Notes under the pieces: model-generated | Database searches by the model: none | What the model was told of the DNA's origin: nothing | Seen by the model: only the letters and a program-made list of their open reading frames with translations | Made by a program: the position numbers and the translations under genes | Assembly: GCA_963664225.1 (NCBI GenBank) | Contig: OY760937.1 | Span: 5,344,001 to 5,408,000, forward strand | Direction: 5' to 3' | DNA: 64,000 nt | Source of the DNA: Verrucomicrobiia bacterium | Lineage (GTDB): Bacteria; Verrucomicrobiota; Verrucomicrobiia; Limisphaerales; UBA1319 | Shown: piece after piece, positions 1 through 8,147 of the stretch | Layout: each line of letters opens with the position of its first letter | Position numbering within the stretch: position 1 is the first letter of the stretch

Positions 1-1
1 G

Positions 2-289
2 ATGAATACGAAATCATTTTTTGTGGCACTGATCGCCGGATTGATTGGAATGGGATTGACATGGGCTTTCTATAGATGGGGTGGCGATTATGCCGGTGCT
101 AGGATTGGCCCGGTTCTGGCATTCGGACTAAGTCCTATCCTGTTCGCGGTGCTCAGCTTTGCGACAGGGTTTCTTCTTGTTGGGGATCGGCCCTTGAATT
201 TACTTAGGTTGTATTGGCTGCCCCTGCCATTATTCTTGTGCTATGTACCTCTCCTGCTTTGGATGTGGGGGGTTCGCCATGATTCCTAG
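2..289 (+). CDS. Small hypothetical membrane protein (about 3 TM segments); may extend beyond the window's left edge
   Basis: 95-aa ORF, strongly hydrophobic segments; no recognisable family. Confidence 0.5.
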   Translation: MNTKSFFVALIAGLIGMGLTWAFYRWGGDYAGARIGPVLAFGLSPILFAVLSFATGFLLVGDRPLNLLRLYWLPLPLFLCYVPLLLWMWGVRHDS

Positions 290-435
290 GCTTTGTCTGT
301 TACGCAATTATTTCCAGATAGGGGTCACCCATGGTATGGTTCGGTATTCACCTTCTGACGGGTTCAAAGGCCACTCGCCTGAAACATATCCGCAGGCCGG
401 GGCAGCAAGCCAACGTGCGAAAAGAGCGATTTGAT

Positions 436-1863
436 TCACGAGCATTTTGTGGTGACTGGGACCGAATGCGCGGGTAAATGCAGATTCTGCAAGAAACGGG
501 TTCCGGCCAAGTAGAGCAGGACGAGGAGCGTGATGGCCACACAGATGGGAGCCAGCCGTCCATCCACGGGAACCGTGCCCCGTCGCGGCAACTCAAAGAC
601 GCCGTAAAGCGTATTCCCCTGGCCAGGTGAGGGCGCCCAGGTGCGCAAACCACTGACGCCTGCCACGAATTGCGAATAACCCGAACTTGCCAGACGAAAC
701 ACCGGAATCCCGTATTCGGCGGCGCGGGCAGGACCCACCCGGGCGTGCAATCGATGTTGGTAATCTCCCCATTCCGCCACGTCCATGGTGGGCACCACGA
801 TGGCCTGGGCTCCCATGGCCACCAGGCGATCGACCACGCGCCGATAGCTCAGATCGTAGCAGATGCAGATGCCCAACCGTCCCCAGGGCGAGTTCCAAAG
901 TTTTTGAGCCGGTGCAGGAATGCCGTCTTTGAAGAATTGAATGGGAACGCTCTTGCCTTGTTCGAAAACCACTTTACCTCCGGGGCTTACCACAAAAGCC
1001 GTGTTCATGAATTCCCCATTCGGCAATGGCTTTTTGCCGCCGACAATGAGGAATTTGTGATGTTTCCGGCACCAATTCTTCACGCGCTCTGGCACCGGGC
1101 CATCGAAGGTGTATTCGCTCATGAGAAACATGTTGGCCCGCGGATATTTCTTGAGGGTGTCATCCAATAGAAAGGTGACCTCCAATTCAGCGGGGAATTC
1201 CGCCTGGATACCCGCTATGTGGAGGGCAGGGACCATGCGGGTCTCTTTGTTGGGCGTGTTGAAAGGAATGAAGCAGATCAGTTGCACCGCGACAACCAGC
1301 GTCAGGGCTGTGGCCAGGCGGCAGTAACGCGGCAAAATGGTGGTCCATGCGGTGGCGAGCATGAGCAGGAAGCCAATGGCATAGACGCCCAGGCCCATGA
1401 TCCGGTCCGCGTTTTCAAAGTGCCCAAAGGCGAATCCAACGCTTAACCAGGAAAAGCGCAGGTAATATAGTTCACAGCGGAAGTATTCGACAGCCGTCCA
1501 AAGGAATGGGGCCAGAATTACGAGACCGAGCATGCCCCAGCGTTTCCAACAAAGGTGGGCGCTGAGAACAAACACACCCAGCCAAAAGGACAAAATCATC
1601 CACAAGGGCAGGGCGGCGGGACCGAAAATACGCCAGAAGAATCCAAGGTGAACCGAATAGGTGGCCAGTCCCACTCCGATGGCCGTGTAGAAAGCTGCGC
1701 GCGGCGAGCCCGACCTGGCGATCATGACGAGCGCATAGAGGAAGAGAATCATCATCGCGTTGGCCTGTTCCACCAGGTAGGCGATGTGAAACGCAGCAAC
1801 CGCCATCAGGGCATATCCCAGAGTGGCCCACAGGGTCAGTCCATTATTCGGGGTCGTTTTCAT
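436..1863 (-). CDS. Apolipoprotein N-acyltransferase-like protein (membrane domain + carbon-nitrogen hydrolase domain)
   Basis: N-terminal multi-TM region with 'LWTAVEYFR...FSWLSVG'; nitrilase triad-like motifs MSEYT, GKSVPIQF, GICICYD. Confidence 0.8.
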   Translation of the reverse strand: MKTTPNNGLTLWATLGYALMAVAAFHIAYLVEQANAMMILFLYALVMIARSGSPRAAFYTAIGVGLATYSVHLGFFWRIFGPAALPLWMILSFWLGVFVLSAHLCWKRWGMLGLVILAPFLWTAVEYFRCELYYLRFSWLSVGFAFGHFENADRIMGLGVYAIGFLLMLATAWTTILPRYCRLATALTLVVAVQLICFIPFNTPNKETRMVPALHIAGIQAEFPAELEVTFLLDDTLKKYPRANMFLMSEYTFDGPVPERVKNWCRKHHKFLIVGGKKPLPNGEFMNTAFVVSPGGKVVFEQGKSVPIQFFKDGIPAPAQKLWNSPWGRLGICICYDLSYRRVVDRLVAMGAQAIVVPTMDVAEWGDYQHRLHARVGPARAAEYGIPVFRLASSGYSQFVAGVSGLRTWAPSPGQGNTLYGVFELPRRGTVPVDGRLAPICVAITLLVLLYLAGTRFLQNLHLPAHSVPVTTKCS

Positions 1864-2326
1864 GGTCTATTTCCTCCGCGATTTTGAGTGTCTGATTGCT
1901 GATTTGATCCAGCAATGACGCGACATGTTGGGTTTCCTTGACCGAAATAGCTCCCCAGACATCTTCAACGCCTTGATAATAATGAGGCAGGATCTGCTCG
2001 ATGAGCGCTTGTCCGGCTGCGGTCAGTTCAACCCTATAGGCGCGGCGATCACCGGGAACCGCCTGACGTTTTACCAGTCCACGTTTTTCCAAGCGATCCA
2101 CCAGGCCGGTTACGTTGGAGCGGTTCATGATCAGGGCGCGGCTCAGTTCAGTTTGTGACATGCCTGGAGAGGGGGCGCTCAAGAGGTTGAGAATGTTGAA
2201 CTGGCTGACGCTTAAGTCCCAACGATTAAACAGGACCCGGCTCGAATTCCAAAGGACATCGGAAGTGCGCAAGAGTTGAATGGTGGCCTGGTAGTGGGGA
2301 CCGGGGCTGCGTCTTATTGGTTTCAT
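1844..2326 (-). CDS. MarR family transcriptional regulator
   Basis: 'LSVSQFNILNLL...SQTELS...RSNVTGLVDRLEKRGLV.R...DRR...V.LT..G' winged-helix signature. Confidence 0.93.
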   Translation of the reverse strand: MKPIRRSPGPHYQATIQLLRTSDVLWNSSRVLFNRWDLSVSQFNILNLLSAPSPGMSQTELSRALIMNRSNVTGLVDRLEKRGLVKRQAVPGDRRAYRVELTAAGQALIEQILPHYYQGVEDVWGAISVKETQHVASLLDQISNQTLKIAEEIDHENDPE

Positions 2327-2345
2327 GTGAATAGATTACATCAAT

Positions 2346-2365
2346 AATGTATATATGTAAACAAT
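2346..2365. promoter_or_regulatory. Candidate MarR operator (AT-rich imperfect palindrome AATGTATATATGTAAACAAT)
   Basis: 14/20 self-complementary positions, ~20 bp upstream of the marR start; autoregulation is typical of MarR. Confidence 0.45.
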
Positions 2366-2605
2366 ATCGAAAACAAAATGCAACAAACTGATATGCAGTG
2401 ACTTGCGACTCAATAAATGTGCGGTTTCAAAAAATATTGTGGTAACCGAGACGGGGGATGCTGACCAGAGTTGCACCTGGAAACACAGAAGGCCTGGGTT
2501 TCCTGCCGTCTACAAGCACATGCCTGGATGCGCCTTCATTTGGTAGTGTTCCGTCCCGCCAAAATGGCTGACGAATTGGTTTCAGATGACCCGGAGTGGG
2601 GTTTG

Positions 2606-2706
2606 ATTCAACCCTTGCAGGGTAGGCGATTTCAGGGGGCGATTACCCCGGGTAGACCTCGGCGGTCAACCCGGGGCTGAGAGATTGCAACCCGTTCCGG
2701 GTTGCC
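2606..2706. repeat. REP-like composite palindrome (three hairpins)
   Basis: CAACCC-ttgca-GGGTAG (2609-2625); CCCCGGGT..GACC-tcggc-GGTC..ACCCGGGG (2646-2676); GCAACCCG-ttc-CGGGTTGC (2687-2705). Confidence 0.6.
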
Positions 2707-2892
2707 GATACGGGCGGATTCGTTAGGTCGGGTGGTGGCGGAAAGAGGATTTGAGAATGTTTGCTGCGAGGTCTGTTCGGACAGGAAATGCGGATCCCGG
2801 CACCCTCACCCCGGCACACGGACCAAAGGGGCCATATTGTTGATCCACTTTATGCGGATTCCGTTTGCGGAGGTTATTACTCCGCGCGCAAA

Positions 2893-3648
2893 TTATTTGG
2901 ATGGAGAATCTGGATCGTTGAGTTTTTCAGCGATTTTGAGGGGGAACATGCGTTTCTTCATCCAACGCACGGCCAGGAGATCGTAAAAGGAGGCGAAGAG
3001 GCGGTTCCAGACTCCGTAGTTGCTCTGCCCGGCAAATCGGGGGTTGTTGCTGACGGATATTTCCGTGACCGTGAAGCCCTCGATTTTGAAGAGGGTTGGC
3101 AGAAAGCGGTGCATTCCTTTGAAGAATTTCAGGTTTTGAACGCACTCGCGGCGGAAGGCACGGTAGGTGCATCCGGCGTCGCTGATTTTTTCGCCGGAAA
3201 GGGCGTTGCGGACCGCATTGGCGATGCGAGAGGAGATAATGCGGATGATGTTGTCGCCTTTGCCGCGACTTTCCACGCGGGTGCCGCAGACGCAATCGAA
3301 TGTTTTCAGCGCTTCGAGAAAACCGGGCAGATCGCGAGGGTCATTTTGAAGGTCGGCATCGAGAGTGACCAGATATTGGCCGCGGGCGGCCTTGAGTCCG
3401 CACCAACTGGCAGCGGACTCACCGGAATTGCGGGATAAACGCTGGGCACGGATGCGCGGGTCCGCAGCGGCCAGTTCTTTCAGGATCGTCCATGAACGGT
3501 CTTTGCTGCAATCATCGGTGATGACCACTTCATAGGAAATATGAAGTGGATCCACCGTTTGACGAATGGCTTTGACCAATTCCTGGAGGTTCCCCTCCTC
3601 ATTGTAGCAGGGGATAACCAGACTTATGACGGGCGCTTCCGGGGTCAT
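2893..3648 (-). CDS. GT2 glycosyltransferase, polyprenyl-phosphate glycosyltransferase (DPM1/ArnC-like)
   Basis: ISLVIPCYNEEGN, DDCSKD, TLDADLQNDP, DAGCTYRAFRR, MHRFLP motifs. Confidence 0.9.
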   Translation of the reverse strand: MTPEAPVISLVIPCYNEEGNLQELVKAIRQTVDPLHISYEVVITDDCSKDRSWTILKELAAADPRIRAQRLSRNSGESAASWCGLKAARGQYLVTLDADLQNDPRDLPGFLEALKTFDCVCGTRVESRGKGDNIIRIISSRIANAVRNALSGEKISDAGCTYRAFRRECVQNLKFFKGMHRFLPTLFKIEGFTVTEISVSNNPRFAGQSNYGVWNRLFASFYDLLAVRWMKKRMFPLKIAEKLNDPDSPSK

Positions 3649-4751
3649 GCCCTGCCGTAAAAGGCTTTAATGGTGTCGCAAACCCGATCCACATCCTCCA
3701 GGGGCAGTTCGCCGTGGATGGGCAGGGAAAGGATTTCTTTGACGGCCTTTTCGGTGTTCGGAAGGGTGGGTTGAGTGCCAAAGAGACTGGTCACAGCGGG
3801 TTGCTGGTGGTTGGGCACGGGATAGTGAATCCCGGTCTCAATGTTGTTATCCTTAAGATATTTGGCCAATTCATCGCGTTTTTCACAACGGACGACATAC
3901 ATGTGATAAACGGGAGTGGCGTAGGATTTTTCGACGGGTGTGCCGACAATGCCTTTGAGACGCTCGTTGTAACGGGCGGCGACCTTGCGGCGATGGGCGT
4001 TGAGGACGTCGAGGTTTTTCAAACCAACGCGACCGACGGCGGCCTGAATTTCGTTGAAGCGGACATTGTAGCCGGCGATTTCGTGCAGGTACTTGTCCTT
4101 GCGTCCGTGGTTGCGGAGCATCTTCATTTTCTCAGCCAAGGCGGCATCGGCGGTGCAGATGACGCCACCGTCTCCCATGACCGTGAGGTTTTTGGAAGGG
4201 TAGAATGAAAAGGCGCTGATGGGGGCGATGCCGCCGACGGTCTTGCCCTTGTATTTGGCACCTTGAGCCTGGGCGCAGTCTTCAATGACCCAGAGATTGT
4301 GCTTTTTGGCGATTTCGAATACGCGGTCCAGATCGACGGGGTGGCCGTAAAGGTGAACCGGAATGATACCGACGGTGCGGGGGGTGATGGCGGCCTCGAT
4401 CTTCGCGGGGTCCATGCAATAGGTGTCATCGATGTCGATGAACACGGGCTTGGCGCCGCGATGGATGAGGGGTTCCATTGTCGGGAACGCGGTATGGGAG
4501 GGGACGAGCACTTCGTCGCCGGGCTTGAGTCCCTGAGCTTCGTGGAGGAGGAGCACACCCATGGTCCAGGAGGAAACGAGGACGGCATATTTGGCGCCGG
4601 TGTGGGCGGCCAGTTCGGCTTCAAAGGCTTTGCTTTCCGGGCCGAGAATGTATTGGCCGGATTCAAGGGCCCGCATGGCGGCGTCGCGGACTTCCTGATT
4701 TAGAAAACACTTGGATAGTTTGATTTTTTTCTGGTTCGCGATTTCTGGCAT
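3645..4751 (-). CDS. DegT/DnrJ/EryC1/StrS family PLP-dependent sugar aminotransferase
   Basis: IIPVHLYG, EDCAQA, FSFYPSKNL (PLP lysine), GDGG, LSLPIH. Confidence 0.93.
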   Translation of the reverse strand: MPEIANQKKIKLSKCFLNQEVRDAAMRALESGQYILGPESKAFEAELAAHTGAKYAVLVSSWTMGVLLLHEAQGLKPGDEVLVPSHTAFPTMEPLIHRGAKPVFIDIDDTYCMDPAKIEAAITPRTVGIIPVHLYGHPVDLDRVFEIAKKHNLWVIEDCAQAQGAKYKGKTVGGIAPISAFSFYPSKNLTVMGDGGVICTADAALAEKMKMLRNHGRKDKYLHEIAGYNVRFNEIQAAVGRVGLKNLDVLNAHRRKVAARYNERLKGIVGTPVEKSYATPVYHMYVVRCEKRDELAKYLKDNNIETGIHYPVPNHQQPAVTSLFGTQPTLPNTEKAVKEILSLPIHGELPLEDVDRVCDTIKAFYGRA

Positions 4752-4793
4752 AAATTGATTCGGTTAAGTTTTTGTAATTCGAGGTTGTGGCTT

Positions 4794-5780
4794 CTAGCGG
4801 ACGGGCGTGATTTTGCCTGATTTGGCCGATTCGACCGCCGCTTCGAGCACGCGCACGGAATCGAATCCAGCCCAGCCGTCGGCGCGAGGGGCCTGGCGTG
4901 TCTTTGTGGATTCAATGAAGGCGCGCAGTTCTGCAAGCAGCGGTTCTTCGGGTGGGCATTCGATTTGTTGGACGGGGCCTTCGACACCCTGGAAGTCCGT
5001 GCCTTTTTGCACGAAGTGATTGGGGTAGGCCTTGATCTTGTATTGGGCGACGTTGAAATCGCAGACGGCGCTGAGCTGGGATCCGATGACGGTAACCTCG
5101 CGGAATTTGCCAGGCAACCAGTAATTGGTTTCGACAGTGGCCCAGGCAACGCCTTTCGGGGTGTCGTATTCCATGGAAATGGCGGAGGCGTCCTCCATGC
5201 CACGCGCCAGAAAATCGTGCATGACGGCGCTGACGCGGGCGGGGGTGCCGCCCATGAAATAGTTGAACAGGTCGATGAAATGGATGGCATCGGCGAAGGC
5301 AATGCCGCTGTCGTTGCGGGGGCGTTTGAATCCGCTGAAATTGCCGCGCATCATGTTGATGCGGCCGAATTGACCGGATTGGATGTTGTCGCGCAGCCAT
5401 TGGGATGCCGGGTCGAAGCGGAAGATGTGGCCCACCTGAAGGATGCGGGCTTTTTCGGCGGCGAGTTCGGCCAGTTTGCGGGCTTCGGAAGAGATCAGGG
5501 TGATGGGTTTTTCCACAAACACATCCTTGCCGGCGAGCATCAAATCACGGACCAGCTCAAAGTGGGTTTGCGCTGGGGTGACGACGACGGCGGCATCCAC
5601 AACGCCAAAGAAATCCCTGGGGTCGGTGGACATGTGGTCGGCGGCGATGCCAAGCTTGCGCGCGGCATCGAGTTGCTGAGAGCGCACATCGACCACGTAG
5701 AGATCCACGGGCAAATTGTGCAATACACGCAGGTGGTTGGCCCCCCAGCGTCCTAAACCAAATAACAAAATCTTCATCAC
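4794..5780 (-). CDS. Gfo/Idh/MocA family oxidoreductase
   Basis: GLGRWG dinucleotide-binding motif, DVFVEKP, VGHIFRF, DAIHFID. Confidence 0.92.
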   Translation of the reverse strand: MMKILLFGLGRWGANHLRVLHNLPVDLYVVDVRSQQLDAARKLGIAADHMSTDPRDFFGVVDAAVVVTPAQTHFELVRDLMLAGKDVFVEKPITLISSEARKLAELAAEKARILQVGHIFRFDPASQWLRDNIQSGQFGRINMMRGNFSGFKRPRNDSGIAFADAIHFIDLFNYFMGGTPARVSAVMHDFLARGMEDASAISMEYDTPKGVAWATVETNYWLPGKFREVTVIGSQLSAVCDFNVAQYKIKAYPNHFVQKGTDFQGVEGPVQQIECPPEEPLLAELRAFIESTKTRQAPRADGWAGFDSVRVLEAAVESAKSGKITPVR

Positions 5781-5937
5781 TAGGTGGCGTAAGCATTGTA
5801 AAACAGGCCACCACCGGCAAGCTTAAATTGAGGGTGTTTACCGTCATGAAATTCCGCATTTGGATTATTGACAAAGGATTTTCAACCTGCCAATGGCCGG
5901 AGGGCGCAAACAAGGGCAGGGGAGTGGAGATGGTTTT

Positions 5938-6102
5938 AACCCGAAATCCGAAATAGGAACGGCCCATCTGACGCAATCATTTGGCCATCCATGGTTTGAA
6001 ACCGGCTGCGGAGTATTGATTTAATACACCCTCGCCGATTGCAAATCATGGCTGACTCAAAGCATTGCACCATCTGGACCCTTCTTATTTCGGATTTCGG
6101 GT
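5938..6102. repeat. ~165-bp palindromic (MITE/REP-like) element whose right terminus is interrupted by the group II intron
   Basis: Perfect 18-bp terminal IR AACCCGAAATCCGAAATA (5938-5955) vs TATTTCGGATTTCGGGT|T (6086-6102 + 8078); imperfect complementarity continues over ~70-bp arms (5938-6006 / 6034-6102). Confidence 0.8.
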
Positions 6103-8077
6103 GTGCGCCAGTGAAATTGGTAGCCTCGTGGGTGAAAGTCCCGCCGGTCGAATTAGACGGTTCACGACCGAAATGCAGCGTCCGGGACGAGGCCGTGAGG
6201 CCGAACCACAAGCGGGACGCTGAAAGAACTGTCGGGTCGTAACGAAAGTAAACCTCATCAAATGAGCTCCGAAACCGAAATAACCGGTAAGCCGAGCCGC
6301 TACCCGAACGGCGAAGGCAGAAACGCGGCGTCATCAAATCGTCAAATGGGCGCTGTTGATTCCGGCGGAGTCAGCGAGGGCGACACGACAGGAAGGGAAA
6401 CCAAGGTAAGCTGGGAGATCTCTGGAGGCGGGGCGATAAAGCCTCAACCGCCGGTGCAAGGAGGAACACCCTCCGAGGCCGCACGGGCAGCCAGAGAAGT
6501 CGGAGTCTTCCATAGTAGCGAAGAAGCTGGGGCGACCAAAACCCCGGCGGAGCCAAGGGAAGGCACTTGGATCGAAGCGAATCAAAACAGCGAGGGACAG
6601 GGAGATGGCCTTGAGGGAGTGGAAACACTTTTTCAACGGATAACAACCCCGATAAAAGTTCAAAAGCTGCAGCGAGCGCTATATTGCAAAGCCAAGGCTG
6701 AGCCGAAGTATCGGTTTTACAGCCTCTACGGAGAACTGCTGCGGAAGGACGTGCTGGAAACGGCAATGGCCTCCGTGGCGCACAACAATGGCGCGGCTGG
6801 GATCGACGGGCAGACATGCGACGTCTATCTTGCCAGCGACGAAGCCTGGGACCAATGGCGGAACCAACTGCTGGAGGAGTTACGCACGAAGAAGTATCGG
6901 CCAAGCCCGGTGAAGCGTGTGTATATACCAAAAGGAGACGGGAAGCTGCGACCCCTGGGCATCCCGACAGTGAAAGACCGGGTGGTGCAGACAGCGGTGG
7001 TGATTGTATTGCTGCCGATTCTGGAAGCCGATAGTCATCCGAACAGTTACGCCTATCATCCCAAACGCAATGCCCACCAAGCAATGGAGGCGATCAAGAA
7101 GGCTACGCTGACAGGACGCGTCGAAGTTATAGACGCGGACTTAAGCGGGTATTTTGACAGCATTCCCCACAGGCGTTTGTTGCGCATAGTGGCCAAGCGG
7201 GTCAGCGATGGAACAATTCTCAAGCTGATCGCAGGATGGCTGCGCGCGCCCGTGAATGAACCGCAAAGCGACACAGGGAAAGGCGGGACAAAGGGGGGGC
7301 AAGGTCAGAATCGACGGGGGACTCCGCAAGGCGGGGTTGTATCGCCGATTTTAGCCAATGCATACCTCAACCAGTTGGATTGGGAAGTCAACGAACGCTG
7401 CGAACTCAAACCCGTGATGGTGAGATACGCGGATGATTTCGTGATACTCGGACAGCCGGGGCAGGGACGGGAACTGATGGAACGACTGGAACGATGGCTG
7501 AAGCAACGCGAGTTAGTGCTCAACGAGAAGAAGACCCGCTTGGTGGACCTCCGCCAGGATGGCATCAAATTCTTGGGATTCGCGCTAACAATGCGACAGG
7601 GGAAGGGGAAATGGAAATATCCGCATGTGGAACCCCATCCCAAGAGCCAGAAGAAGTTTCGAGACGGGATTCGGGAGAAACTCAACCGAAGCACGCTATG
7701 GCGTGATATCGGAGAGGTGATTCCCGAGCTCAACAAGAAACTCAAAGGTTGGAAGGGTTACTTTCACTACGGGAACAGCACCAAGGTGATGGGCCAGATG
7801 AACGAATACGTCAGCAGCAAGTTACAACGATGGTTGTGGCGCAAACACGGATGTAGTCGGGCGCAATGGTCCACATACCCCAAGGAGGATCTCTATGAGC
7901 GTTATGGTTTATACCAAATGCCGGAATATGCGGCATGGAAACGATGACGTCGAAGCGATGCAACGTATGATCCCCGGAGAGCCGGATGCGGGAAAACCGC
8001 CTGTCCGGTTCGATGAGGGGCGAAATGCGACGGTCATTGGCCACGGCCATTCAATCCGTCCATTTCGCCTACTCTAC
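6103..8077 (+). mobile_element. Group II intron (ribozyme + RT/maturase ORF)
   Basis: 5' GTGCG at 6103; domain V GAGCCGGATGCGGGAAAACCGCCTGTCCGGTTC (7979-8011, AGC triad); domain VI ending ...CCTACTCTAC at 8077; EBS1 ACCCGAA (6302-6308) pairs with 6096-6102, EBS2 CCGAAATAA (6275-6283) pairs with 6085-6093. Confidence 0.95.
6619..7947 (+). CDS. ltrA: Group II intron reverse transcriptase/maturase, no endonuclease domain (start uncertain; frame open from 6262)
   Basis: GAAGIDG, RPLGIPTVKDRVVQ, DADLSGYFDSIPH, GTPQGGVVSPILAN, RYADDF, X domain GWKGYF; GTG at 6619 preceded by a purine-rich SD-like tract. Confidence 0.93.
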   Translation: METLFQRITTPIKVQKLQRALYCKAKAEPKYRFYSLYGELLRKDVLETAMASVAHNNGAAGIDGQTCDVYLASDEAWDQWRNQLLEELRTKKYRPSPVKRVYIPKGDGKLRPLGIPTVKDRVVQTAVVIVLLPILEADSHPNSYAYHPKRNAHQAMEAIKKATLTGRVEVIDADLSGYFDSIPHRRLLRIVAKRVSDGTILKLIAGWLRAPVNEPQSDTGKGGTKGGQGQNRRGTPQGGVVSPILANAYLNQLDWEVNERCELKPVMVRYADDFVILGQPGQGRELMERLERWLKQRELVLNEKKTRLVDLRQDGIKFLGFALTMRQGKGKWKYPHVEPHPKSQKKFRDGIREKLNRSTLWRDIGEVIPELNKKLKGWKGYFHYGNSTKVMGQMNEYVSSKLQRWLWRKHGCSRAQWSTYPKEDLYERYGLYQMPEYAAWKR

Positions 8078-8147
8078 TTAATCGTTGAGTTCGCCGGATT
8101 ACGCTTGAACAGGCCATTGCGTTGAGCAAGTATCCAAGCCCGGTAAG

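Noticed and set aside
5790..6102. M-box (ykoK) riboswitch upstream of mgtA
   Set aside because: Conserved ykoK sequence blocks not recognisable by eye
6262..6618. 119-codon upstream extension of the RT ORF
   Set aside because: Overlaps ribozyme domains I-III (contains EBS1/EBS2); low-complexity translation, probably not translated
5938..8081. Integron attC site with a class C-attC intron
   Set aside because: R boxes deviate from RYYYAAC/GTTRRRY, no integron integrase or cassette array, and the intron has an AGC triad plus EBS2, unlike class C
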